Of a DNA stretch of 64,000 nucleotides, positions 12,721-25,531 are shown piece after piece. The position numbers and the translations under genes are program-made. The DNA comes from Podarcis filfolensis (Eukaryota), in NCBI GenBank assembly GCA_964270895.1, contig OZ185448.1. One strand, 5' to 3'. Position 1 is the stretch's first letter. Each line of letters begins with the position of its first letter. The notes beneath the pieces were generated by a model. That model worked only from the letters and a program-made list of their open reading frames with translations. It searched no databases and was not told the DNA's origin.

Positions 12721-13996
12721 AGAAACAGGTGTTGTCAGCTAAGTGCATCCGGGGGGAAAGGGAGGGTTGCATGTCTTGGGCTGGGCTGGGTGGGTGGGTG
12801 GGAGAATCGAGATTAAGGAATAAAGAGTTGGCAGTCTGGTGGCCTTAATCTAGGTTAATTTGGTCCCCACTCCCCCTTTTGCAAGAGCTATAGAGATAGG
12901 GAAAGAGAGAAAATGGACCACAAGGGCCCATTCATTCTCTCTCTCACACACACATACTGAACATTTTACTGATCTCCTACAGTAGCGTAAGAATGAGAAA
13001 TGTTGCATAAAGGCAACGTGTCAGGATTCCACCCCTCGCATCCTACACATCCCGTTCCACTACTTAAGTTTAGTTTCCCTGGACATTCCCACTGTACATG
13101 GCAGCAAACTCCATTGAAAACAATGGGATTTACTTCCAAGTAAACATGCACAAAAATTGGAATTGGGGGCGCTTTATTAGAACCCCTCGACTTCTTCCTC
13201 ACTTTGTCCACCATTCAGATACACCTTTGACACTTTTTGTTTAGGAAGTGGAGCAATGGCAGTATAGTCAATTCTGTCGCCTTCCTTCCCCTATATTAAA
13301 TATAGTTTCTTAATCCTACCCTTCTTCCTTCCTTCCGAGAGGTATTATTCTTTGCCAATTTTTGCACGCCACTGTATGTGTGATTATATATACACACACA
13401 CATATATATCCCATATATATATATGACCCGAGACTGTTCTTTTTTTGGCATGATATGCTCTCGCGAGAGAAAGGAAAGCGGTAAGAAAATGCGATGAGTG
13501 GGTGGTGGTTGTTTTTTGTTTGCTTTTTTGATCCCTCGTAGGGATTTCCTTTCTTATGTATGATGATAAAGCATAATTCCGTCAAGTAAAGCACTTTGAA
13601 ACCTCGTGGATTTCAATGAGGGGTTACTTTAGAAACAATAATCAAAACACCTGTTTAACTGTCTATTTGAAAACTATGGGACTTCAAAGTACCTACGTAT
13701 CCCTGGCCGGCTGGTATGTGTCTAATGTTTTATATCTACAGTTGTGTGTGTGTGTATACACACATGATATTTTTTTTTACTTACTTACTTACTTCTTCAA
13801 ATCTAGCCCTTCTCTCGCAAGAGTCTGTCATTTCAGAGTTAAAAATAGTCTCAGGTCATAACTGAGAGTAGCATTACGCACACACATATATGTAGATAGA
13901 TATATACAGTTGGGTGCAAATATTGTCACAGGAGAGTGAATTGTGTTCCTGTGCTACCTCTTGGAAGGAAGGAGTTGAGAAACCATATTTAACAGA

Positions 13997-14027
<31 letters not shown>

Positions 14028-16033
14028 AGAAAGAGTAAAACTATATTTAATAGTGGTTTAAAAAAGGAAGCTAGAGAAGGAAGGAAGGAATTGTAAAATA
14101 TTTAATAGAGCAGAAGGAAGGAGTTGTAATATATCTACAAAAGATTTAAGAGTGACGCTTGGAGGAAATAAAATACCCCCCCTTTTTTCAGGCATATTAT
14201 CTTGCGAATATTGATAGAGGCCATGGGAGAGATATTAACAATCGAAGATGGAAGAGGCGGCCCTTCTCATACGTCATGTTCAGTACTAGCAAGTCCTGCT
14301 GCTCCACTTAATATAATTAAGATGGGATAACTCAAGTGGCCTTGGAAGGAAACAGATATTAATGGATTGCAAGGGAGAGCATTTGCGGGGAGAGATCCTG
14401 ATGGAGCGGCGGTGGCGCGCCTTCCCCAAGGCGAGACTGCGCGTGGAGATAGAGACCCAGGCGGAGTCCTTGGGTGCTAGCTGAAATATCAGGCACCCCT
14501 CAGCGCGTATATCGGCAGCTCAGATGCGCCTGGGTGCATTAGAGAGATCCACTTGGCCGAGGTGACCCCCAGACGCGGAGAGGCGTGTCTCCGGACATCT
14601 ATACGCCAAGAAATGGGCACCCTGTTTGATTGAGCTCTTTGAGGGTGTCGCTGTTTGAGCGTCCAGGCAGGGAGGGTCGTGTTTGTGTGGAGAAGGGGGG
14701 GCACTCCCTCTGTAATTATCCAAGCTGACACACCCTCACTTTCAGCCAGAATTTGGTTTCCAGGCCCAAAAGCCAGCCGAACCCAACGGCCCTGCGTCTC
14801 CAAGCGATTTATACCCACCGGGCGTTCAAGGAGCTTCGATGGGTTTAAAGGCAAATACTTTTTAGGATGTGTTGAGATTGTGAATCGGGGTGGGGAGAGA
14901 GAGAGAGAGAAATGAGAAGTAAAATTATGCATGGGGCGGCCTTTTCTCATCTTCCTGCCCTTCCTCAGGCTGGAATCCACAATGGGTTGATTATAAATAT
15001 TGCATCACAAACCTGGGTAGCCCTTGTTTTCTCCTTGGGTTGTGTCATTCTTGCGTCTTCCTTGGTCAGCTTTCATATCAACAGGCGAACAGAGGTCATT
15101 TTAATTTTTGTTCCACACCCCTACCCCAACACAGCACCTGATGTTCTTCCACGTCCATCTGGTTATAGCGTCACTTCCCTCCTCCCACCCCAAATATGCT
15201 TCCTCCTCCCTTGCCAATGTAATCCACACTTGCATGTTGGTGGATAGGGACCCCATCGTCCACTGAGGACGATTTCTTCGTAGCGGTCCTGAGTCTGCCG
15301 AATTACGTAAGCCCGGCTTCCAAACGACCCCTGCCACTGCTCGTGGAATATTAATCAAATCAATCAAGACTGACAAATGAGAAATATTGGCGAGAAGGTG
15401 GCAATTTACAACTTTGTTATTAGTTAAGAATCGCCCGCCTTGTAAGAGTAATTAATAACTCTCTTGGATAGAGACAAGCTGAAGGCAAAAAGAGAAAAGA
15501 GAAAAGGGAAAGAGGTAGGGCAGCCTCTTGAAAGAAAAGAGAAGGACAGGAGGAGAAGTGAGTTACATGTCAGCGAAAGAAAGCATAGAAGTACTGGTTG
15601 TTTTTTTTATAAGAGAGATTAATGGTCGTGTGAATTAGCATTTCCTGCATGTGCGTTATAGATTTCCTTTTATGTATGCTTGTATATATTTCAGAATTAA
15701 TAACGCGCGCGCGCACACACACACACACACAAAATGCACATGCAAATATAAATACACGCTAGTTTGTTTAAAACCAAATAGACAGACAGGAAGAAACGCA
15801 TCTATCCATCCGTCTGTATGTCTATATTGTCTCCTCTCATTTTTACAATCACATTACAAGGGGTATACAATTTCAGGAAAAGGGGCAATCAATTCGCAGA
15901 ACTGGACCCATTCTTTTCCTAATGCATCTTTCCACCTTTTCTTTTCAAATGTTCTTTTAAAACGACTGGTGCTCCAAACTCAGTTCATAATAAGAAGCTG
16001 ATTGCTCTCTCCTCAAAGCGAGCACAGTTCGGC

Positions 16034-16118
16034 TGCAATCCTACGCGCACGTAACTGAGGAGTGAGCCCCATTGAACGCAACGAGTCTTACTTCTGAGTA
16101 GGCATGCATAGGATTGCA
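16034..16118. mobile_element. Short (~85 bp) hairpin repeat, second family
   Basis: Perfect 10-bp terminal inverted repeat TGCAATCCTA (16034-16043) / TAGGATTGCA (16109-16118) with a ccccattgaa core. Confidence 0.7.
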
Positions 16119-16157
16119 TGGTTAATTCTCCAGACACTCATCTTTCTCATTCCTTTC

Positions 16158-16195
<38 letters not shown>

Positions 16196-17221
16196 GGCAC
16201 CTTCAAGCTCCACCCCTCTAATTCCAGTCCAAAACATGTCTTGTTTTTCTTACGGACACATAAATCACCCCTGATGGTTCAAGACTATATTGAAGTAAAT
16301 CGGCTTACTGTGAGTAAAGGTCCAAGTCTTCCGGATTCCTTGTGCCACTGGTTGCAACTCCACAAACATCATCCTCACCATCATCAAACAAACAAACAAA
16401 CAAACAAACTTCCCACTTTTTTAAAAAAACAACAAGTGGGTATATATGGCCGGGTGATATGGGGGGGGCGTAGGAGGGACAGAGGCAAACTTTATCTCTT
16501 CTGTTTTTTATAAGCTGCCAGCCTTTGCCTCCGCTAAAGCCCAGGCTTGGCTTTACAAAAGGTAGCCCCCTTAGATTGAGATTTATTGGTTTCCAAATGA
16601 AAAGATTCATTTGATATAAGAGGTTAACTCAAAGTTCCTTAAACCGTGACTGGCATCGCCAAAGAGGTTTTTTGCCTACTCAGCACAAAGGCAGTTCAAA
16701 GGAGCCTTTAAAACACACACACACACACACACACATCTACATACACACAAACACACTCTCACACTTGAGACTCAACTGCAATTTTCTTTTCACTTTTGTT
16801 TCTTTCTGCTATTACAAAGCCCCCCCAGCCTCTTTGTAGGTAGCTGGAGGGGTCTCCCCCCCACAAGCTGAACTTTGCCATTTTGGTGTTGACCAAATCC
16901 CCTCCCCCCTCATTTCTGCTTCTGTGTGTGTGTGTGTGTTTTAAACCATCAGTGAATGGAAAGCATGAAAAGATTAATCAATGTTTTTTAAAAAAAGAAG
17001 AAGAAGAGAGAGATAGAAATGACTGGAGACAGAAGGAGAGATAACTGGTAGAATTTGAAATGCAGAAAGAGAGAGATTGGGAGGGTTAGAAGGAGGTAAA
17101 GAGGAAGAGTTGGAATGAGGCAAAGGTATAAATGGGGATGGAAGAAATGGAGAATGACGAACAAAGGTCCTGTTGGGGGGTTACTAGAGAATCCAGACCT
17201 GCGAAAGGAGAAGGTTGTTGG

Positions 17222-17223
<2 letters not shown>

Positions 17224-17280
<57 letters not shown>
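17224..17280. repeat. Compound (TG)n(AG)n microsatellite
   Basis: Direct reading. Confidence 0.95.
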
Positions 17281-17283
<3 letters not shown>

Positions 17284-20200
17284 ATCCTGCGTGTGAAGTC
17301 TGCTATGGAAATGCTAATGAGATAAAATTAACCCGGCTGTTTGTTACGTTGGAGAGAGAGAGAGATCACTGCCTGACCCAGAGGCGATGGGGACATCTTA
17401 CTTCTAGGCAAGATAGGCGAGACAAGTGCTGCAGTGCTGAGAGAGAGAGATGGAAATATGAGGTATTTTAGTGGCTGCTCTGTTTTCTAAAGAAGGCCTG
17501 GGGTAAACGAGAGTCTGAGGATTAAAGAGCCCCTGGCTGTCTCCATGTTCTGTGAACGATCCTCTTCCTTCCCCGCGCCACTCCACCCACAATCCCACCC
17601 ACCCCCTTTTTTCACTGGGGTGGGGGGGTGTTGAAGAGAAAGAAGCAAGCCTTTGAAATGAACAATGTCTACTTTCTTTTCTCTGGGTCCCGAGTCTTCA
17701 GACCGGAGTATCTGAAATCTCTTTCTCCTCCTGGTTTCCCCCTCCTTTCTCTGTCAAACACATGCACACATTGTTGCGAACCTTTATCTAAAGAGTATCG
17801 CCCTTGTAGTTAGATGAAAACAGCAGGGAGACGTGGACCCTTTTCATAAGAGAGAACTGACGTGGGGAATGTTGGGGTGCGATCTTCATCACCATCATCA
17901 TCTCGAATATGGATTTTTGGGTAAGGGTGTGTGTCGAATATAGGGACAGAAGGATTGAGCACGGTTTTCACAACGCCTCTGAAACCTCGAAACAAATCAT
18001 CTCGGTTAGGCAAATCTAAGCAAAGGCCAGGAATTGTGTCTTCACAGTCAACTGAGATGTCTAGGCTATCACTTCCATGGGGCCTGGCGGGTGCTTGTGA
18101 ATATGGGACTGTTCTTGTTTTTAAATAAGACGTCAGAAAGAGTGCGCGCGCGCGCGTCCGGGCCCTAACCACACGACTAGGAAGAGTGGCAATACCAAAT
18201 AATAAAATGAATGAGGGTTTAACAAGCGTGGGTGGCGACGTGGGAAATAACAGAAGCGGGTGGAGAAGTGCGTGTATGTATTGAGGGGCGGAAGAGTATT
18301 TACCAGTCGCAGATCGTAATGAGAGAAAGAGCAAAAGTAGTAAAAAAAAAGTAATTTCAAGAATCAATAACAGTGTAAGGGCAATGCCCTTCCAGCCTCC
18401 TGCTGTGGAGCTTTGCCTCTGATAGCAGTGATGTCCGAGGCGCAGGAGACTGTGGGGAAGAGCTAACCTAGTCAATTTCACGTCGGTTTCGCATCCAACG
18501 TTGCCAGTTTCCGAATGGACCGCCTCCCTCACAGGATGGTCTCAAGCTCTTTCGGTTTCTCGCTGGCTTGAAGACAGAGAAGAAGGGAGAGTTTTTCCTC
18601 GAAAGTGCGCGCGCGTGTGTGATCTCCTGGCAACCAAAAAGGGGGAAAGGGGGGGGGGGCGGCGGGTGGAATCAGGTTCAGATAAAAATGTGTAGCTTCT
18701 GACAGCTGCAATGAATTTGGGAAGAGCTGGTGGGCTCTTAGCTGTTAGTTAAGTGGAATTAATACAATAAAATACAAGGACTCCATTCTTCCGAAAAGTA
18801 AACTTCTAAGATCCATTACCTATGGAGGGACACACACGTTCACACGTCTGTGGGGAAAGTCCTGTCCTAACAGGGAACTTACCCACTGAGGGTTTTTAAA
18901 TTTTATTTAGTAGCAACCATTAGAGAGCCTTTCCAGACTGGTTCTGGAATTTCTCGGAAGGATTCACAGACCAATATGAGGGGCAGTATATGCTACTTGC
19001 CCATTATTCGGAAATGTGTAAAATGTCATTAACAGTTCCCCCCTCTGGCCGCACCATTTCTGACGATAAAGAGTAAATTCAATGCTTTCAGCCCTAGAAT
19101 GAAGGGGCGAGGGTATTAGGTATTAATCAATAGGCCATCAGAAATACAAATTAATTGTTTTATAGCTGAAGAGGGACATTTCCCATCTTCTGTTAGAAAT
19201 TCAGTCCTAGTTATGGAAAGGTTAAAACTCGCTCTCAACCATGTAGGATTTCGAAAAGTTTTCGCTCTATCAAGCGTCCGGAGGTAGGTAGTGGATGGTC
19301 ATCTGATATTACTGGGAAAGGATATCGGTAAAGAAAAACGGGGGGGGCAGTGGTGAAAGGGGGCGGGGGGCACAGAGAGAGGCGATTTTATAGAGCCAGT
19401 TTGCAGAATCCGAGAAGGTCCACTCAAAGTTCACCAGTAGTTATGGTAAAGGACATCGTATATACAAAGCCAGGATTTTCTGCACACCACAACTAAGACT
19501 GCAATCCTAAACTCACTTACCTGAGAGTAAGCCTCATTAAGCTCAACGAGACTAACCTCTGAGAAGTGGTTAGGTTCTCACTCCTTGCTCTCTTTCGGTT
19601 GTCGTATAGCGACGAAATTTATGCTAGGATTCCAAGGCCAACATCTTCTGGTCGAGGCTGGAGTTCTCTACAGAACAATATTCGGAAGAATGCGAAACAT
19701 CCTAGAAAATATTTATCTGTTCCTGATCCCCCCTCCCCCATAAAACACACACACACCGCGATAATAAATGTTAAAAGCCCAATCTGTACCCAAAAGTGTG
19801 TGGGGAAAATTATTGCGAAGAAATACCAACTGGTATCTGCTGATCCGTTAAAAGGTTTTTGTTTTTGTTTTTTAAAGAGCATACCCTGTAGACACTTCCT
19901 TGTTAAGGTCCAGTACTTGTTTACTCTGTAAAAGTTGAATAAGGGCGGCTTGCTTCTTAAGTAAGAGGACAGCGGACCGGGGTCAAGGGACATTCGATTT
20001 ATTCCGATCCGGAGAACGTAAGCGCACTGAAATCAATGCGTTTGGATAGTTCCCTTAGTGTTTCTCTCCCCCCCCCGCCCCCAGCAATAAAATAAAATAA
20101 CATTTATCAAACGTGGAGGTGTTTCGAGGCCTGCGTTACAGTTTATTCACTCCGAGCTTTTACAGATCATTTCCTTCGGAGACTGTATCCCGCAGCACAG

Positions 20201-22111
20201 CCTTCCTTGAAGTAGATTCCAATTTAATGTGTGTAACGCAGGAGGCCAGCTCCCCATCCGCCTCATGTTGGAAGGGTGAAAGGATGCTCAGGTTTTCACT
20301 TTCCACCCAGTCAGGTGAAACAGCAGCAGCAGCAACAACAAAAATCCAAATTTATTTCGGCAAGAGGAAAGGGGTATGTGTGTGGGGTTCGGTTCTCCTT
20401 TTGTCCCTGGAGGGAGGGGAACCACCCCACCGATCTAGCAAGCGAACGAAAATGCTATCCTAGTCCGGTTCAGGGGAGACACCTCCCCGCCCCCTTTGGT
20501 AAGGAGGTCCCCGGTTTATGGGGACTTGATGGCTATTTCCACAAAACTCCAGCTCCTGAGCCAATGTCCTAGAACGCAACTGTTAGATTGCAAGGCTTGC
20601 CGGCTACTTGCATCTTCCTGCACACGATCATTTCGCCAGCTCTATTTCGAAGTTAAATAATTTGTGGAGGGGGGATTGGGGGGAACGGTGTTACTAACAA
20701 ATATCTATGGAGAATAGGCTACCCTTTCTCTGGGTCCGCAGAAATCTATTTCCATGTGGTTGCAAGCACCAAACGAGGTGTGCAACGGACATAAAAACAG
20801 CTGCATGTGTTTCTCGATCTTTCTCCCTACATCCTCCAAGTCCGTCTTAAAAATCCGGCTAAATTGGTTAAAAAGGGCTGGGTTAGATGGGGTAGCCGTG
20901 GACACCAACCGTGGCTCGTTCCAGAAACGGAATCAAATGTATTTTCTTCCCTTCTTGACTATATGTCTTTGCACTCCCCGTTTCTGTCTCCCCTACTCCC
21001 ACGATAAAAAGAAAAGAAATATGTCTTTAAAAGCAGAACAAACTCTGCATCCTGAGCAGCCTTGTATTTTTTTCCATCACTAGGCCCCCTTCTTGGCCCA
21101 CCCCCTTGACACGGCTGCATTGAGGGTGAGGGTTTGGAGGTCTTTGGAGGTCTCCGAGAGCGACAGTACTTGGATTAGCTGGTAGATGGCACAATTTTCT
21201 AACGTTTAGAAAGAGAGGAGACAAAAAAGGGAAAAAAAACCCAACAACAACAACAAAACGGGAGCCAGAAGTCCATTTAAAAGCCCTTTATTTGAAGAGG
21301 AACAAAGATCACTTGACAAGCACAGTACAGGAGACATCTCAATGAAATTTCTAGAGGAGAATTAAAAAAAAAACAACTGCAAAGGAGCTTGGTGTGATTT
21401 CACAAGGTTTTACTTTTTATAAGAAATTTACAGTGCAAAATGCGTTTACAGCTACCTCTTTTTAAAAATATATATATAAATAAAAAATAAATACCCAGCA
21501 TTGGAATGAGAGAGTTGTACACTGAAATAGGGCTGGTGGAGAGAAATGAAATATTGGGAAGGGATCGTTCCTGGAGGGAAGCGAGGTTCATAGACTTACA
21601 GCGGTTGTGAAGAGCTAGGAATACCTGTCGCTTAAGAAACCCAACAGCACAGATCCTAGAGGGTCCTATGAAATATTCCCCAGAATAAGGGCGGAAAATA
21701 TAGATAATGCAGTTGAGGGGAGAGATGTGTAGTTAACAGCGTGTTTACACAGAAGCGAGTCACCAAGTGCAATGGGACACATTCCCAAGTAAGAGTGTAT
21801 AGGATCGCAGCCTAAAGTAACAATGGATCCAGAGACCTGGGTTCTGCTTCATTTTATCCACACTACGGCCATATATATAGGATACCTACACACCGGGCGC
21901 AATCCAGCTGAAGGTGGTTTTGACTTGAGGCTGCGAACCTATGCAGACCTCCTTCGGAGTAAGGCCCATTAAACTCAGTGGACCTCACTTCCGAGGAAAT
22001 ATGCATCGATTCCAACTGTGGTGGGGTTTTTTGTGAAGGTGGCCTCCTCAGAAACAAAAGTCATTGAGCTGACAGGTGCTTACTTCTCAGTAAATATGCC
22101 TCCAGTCTGGT

Positions 22112-22270
22112 GGAACAGAGGCACATACAAAGCTGCCTACACTGACTGGCAGCGGCTCTCCAGGGATATAGACAAATGGCTCTCCCAGCCGTACCTGGAG
22201 ATGCCGGGGATATGAACCTGGGAACTCCTGGGTGCAAGGCAGACGCTCTACCGCTGCGCTATGGCCCTTC
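22112..22270 (-). mobile_element. tRNA(Ala)-derived SINE with internal deletion
   Basis: acactgactggcagcggctctccagg...ctggagatgccggggatatgaacctggg...gctctaccgctgcgctatggccc. Confidence 0.8.
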
Positions 22271-23384
22271 CAAAGTCTGGTTCAAGCACGTTTACTCGTG
22301 GTTCTCCTCATTATTTCAGAGAGACTTTCTTCCAGGTAAATGTGCATAGTGGATCGCCGGCGCATGGCCTTAGCTCCGTAGACTGCAACGGCCCTTCGTC
22401 TCAAATTTGGCTTTCTCTGGGCTGGCTCATCCTCCTTTCCCAGTGATTTGTTTTTCTTTCCCCTATTTCCATCTTTACGAACCCCCCTTTTCCTTAAATG
22501 TTTCCAGGAATGGAAGAAGTTAGAAAACGGAAGCGCATCAAGGCGAGGTCACTACAGTCTTGAATGGATTTTATTCGCGGGTTTTTTGGGGGGGAGACAA
22601 TAAATATATTCTCAAAACACAACATGGAAATTTAAGACTGAGTTCTCCGCAGGTCTGAAACGTGAAGAGGGCTGTTATTTAATCCGCAACCTGGGAAGCA
22701 GGGGCAGGGAGGGGGCGGCGGACAACAATAAGGCACCCGGAAGAAAGAGAAAACCATCCAAACCAGGATCGTGTGTCTTAATTTCAGCTCCGAAACAACA
22801 GTTCCAAAACGAGAAAGAAAGAAGATTGCATCCAAGGCGCGGTACCAAAACAGAAAGGATTGCCCCCAACCCGATTTTAATTCCGATTAATTAATTCAGA
22901 TGATATCCTGACACATCTCCGCCGCCACCCTCCAGTACTTTCCCCCATGTAGAAATAATGATATTGGTGTTGGGTGTTTCGTCATACTTATTCGCTGAGC
23001 AGGTCTCCCTTACAGCGCTTGGAGGCGAGTCCCTGTTGATAAATCTATCATTAGTACCGTTTGGAAACCGGGAGACAGTAAATTCACCTTAGGTTTGGAG
23101 CGCGTTAATAGACATTTATTAAATGCTTCAGAGAGAGAGGGAGAGAGAATAGAGGAGGGAGGGAAGGGGGGCGTCTGATTACAGGCAAAGTGTAAGACAC
23201 ACGTTAACATCAATTTGCTGGAGGAGAAAACGAGCGGGGAAACTAAGACCGAGAATCAGACCTAAAGAGAGGAAAAGTTAGGGTGTAACTTAAATGACTA
23301 CAGGATATTATTTATACCTTTGCTCATTTCAATTTGGCCTATTTCTCCTTAGTGGAGTGGCCACTGTTTCAATTTCAGATGGAG

Positions 23385-23421
<37 letters not shown>

Positions 23422-25361
23422 GCCACCCACGTGTGATAAGCCCCCCCCCCTTAGATATGATCCACCACAACCTCTGCTTTTTTCTCCCCTCCCTCACTTC
23501 GCAAGCTTTTAACTCTAGTATCAGCCTTCTCTAAGTGAAGAATCCCTCAGGGATCTAAGCAAACTTGTGTAAAATAGTTAAACGAAGCGTGTTTCAAAGA
23601 GGATTGCAGCAATCGACCCCCCCCCCCTTCTCTCTTTCCCTCTGTACACACAAGCACCCCGCGCGCGCTCACCTTAATAAGGTAAAGGGCTCAGTTCAAA
23701 AGACAATATTCAGAAATTTGTAAAGGAAGGATTAAAAAAAAATCGAGATCCAAAGAAAATAAAGAGCCGCAGGGAGGGGGAGGGTAACACGTATTACTGC
23801 CTCTGTTCTGTAAACAATTCGATTATATCTCTTGATATAATTTTTATTTCATTTCCGCTTTGCCTCAGGTTAGTTTTTTCTTTTTCTTTTTAATCGCCTT
23901 CCAGGTAGGTTAATGGAGTCCCGTGGGCACCTATTTCTCGCAGAGAGATGGGATCAACGTCCCGTCCCCCCCTCCCCTCCAACCAGCCAGCACTCCTCTC
24001 ATTCTGTCCTCCTGGTTTCTCATCTTCCTATCAGATTCTTTAAACTTGGGGCCGCGTGGCGTCCTTCGGGCTCAGAAACTGCCCAAACTTCCCTGTCCGC
24101 TGGGGAAGTTTTCCTTCGCCAGCTACCTTGAAATCGACCTAAGGAATCCTAGTGAAACCCAACAACAGGGCGCAAAAAGAGAGATGTTCTGACCTTTGCC
24201 ATTCCTTCGGGACACTTGTTCTCGGTGGCTTTTAAGACCATCCAGACAAAGAAAGGCAGAGAGATTTCAAGGGACGTTAAGGACGAGCCGGACAACAAAG
24301 CTATGTGTAATATACCAAACCCAGTGTATATAGGATCGCTGCCACCCTAAGGTAAGAATCACGGTCAACTCCAGGAGCCTTACCCCTGTGTCAACATGCT
24401 TGGAAGCGCTGCATAAGCCAAATCAATGGGACTTTCCGAGTGCTGAACTTTCGATGGATCTTGCCCGCTGTCTAGTAATGCTACTTACTACTAATAATGC
24501 CACCCCATGATGTTGGTGTGTGTGCGCATCAGTAGCTATCTCCAGCTCCCACACCTTTAAAAACGTCTATTCCCTCGGTCTCCAAGTTTTCTTCGGAAGA
24601 GGGGTGGAGAAAATAAAATAAATAGGAGTGACAATCTTCTGAGGGAAAGCTCATTAGTTCGTTGTCCAAGCCTAATAAAGGAACAGAAGTGCATATTATG
24701 GGAGTTCAGCCTCCACACACGCTCTGTCAACCAAAATCAACCCTCTGTAAGTTTGATCCAAATTGGGGCTAACTTGGACCGCGATTGTTGTCCGGGCTCC
24801 AGGCTTTCTCAGAGACGAATCTCCCAAACACCATCACGTTTTAGAAGGAGGTGGGGGAAGAGAGAAAAGCCAGGGATTTAAAAAGCTGTGTGTTTTTACA
24901 CATTCGAAAAAGTCACCAGGCCTTATGATTCACCCTTTCATTTCTCTTGCCGCTGCCACACTATATTAATGGGGGTTCAGAAAGTGGGGGGAGACAATGG
25001 ATTTGGGGGATGAGAACTGCCTCCAACCAAGAAGATCCATTGAAACCCAAGCGCCTTCTTCCACAACTCTACTTTCCAAGCAAACGCAAAAGAATTTTCC
25101 GAATAAAATACTATCCCTCCTCTCCCGGCGTTTGCTCAATTAATCACAAGGCACCTTTGCAATAAATGTGATTCCCCCTCCTCAGAGAAACCCGGGCTGA
25201 CAAGAGTCCCTTTCCTTGGCCAAACATATATGTCCTCTTCCCGCATTCTAAAAGCGCTTATTCCGAAGTAAATCTCACGAAGTTCAAAGCCGTGGAAGAC
25301 ACTCCCAAGCATATGTGCCGAAGACCGAAGCATTAGTGGGAGGGCTTATCCCTCATGGATG

Positions 25362-25486
25362 GTAATAGTAATAGTAATAGTAATAGTAATAGTAATAATA
25401 GTAACAGTAACAGTAATAGTAATATAGTAATATAGAGATGTCTTAGCAAAGCCCTGCATCTCCAACCCAAGACATTATTTCAAATA

Positions 25487-25530
<44 letters not shown>
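25362..25530. repeat. (AGTAAT)n and (AAT)n tracts
   Basis: Direct reading; two tracts separated by about 50 bp. Confidence 0.9.

Positions 25531-25531
<1 letters not shown>

Noticed and set aside
17810-18532. 240-aa minus-strand ORF
   Set aside because: No recognisable protein family, includes repeat-derived residues, no supporting splice structure.
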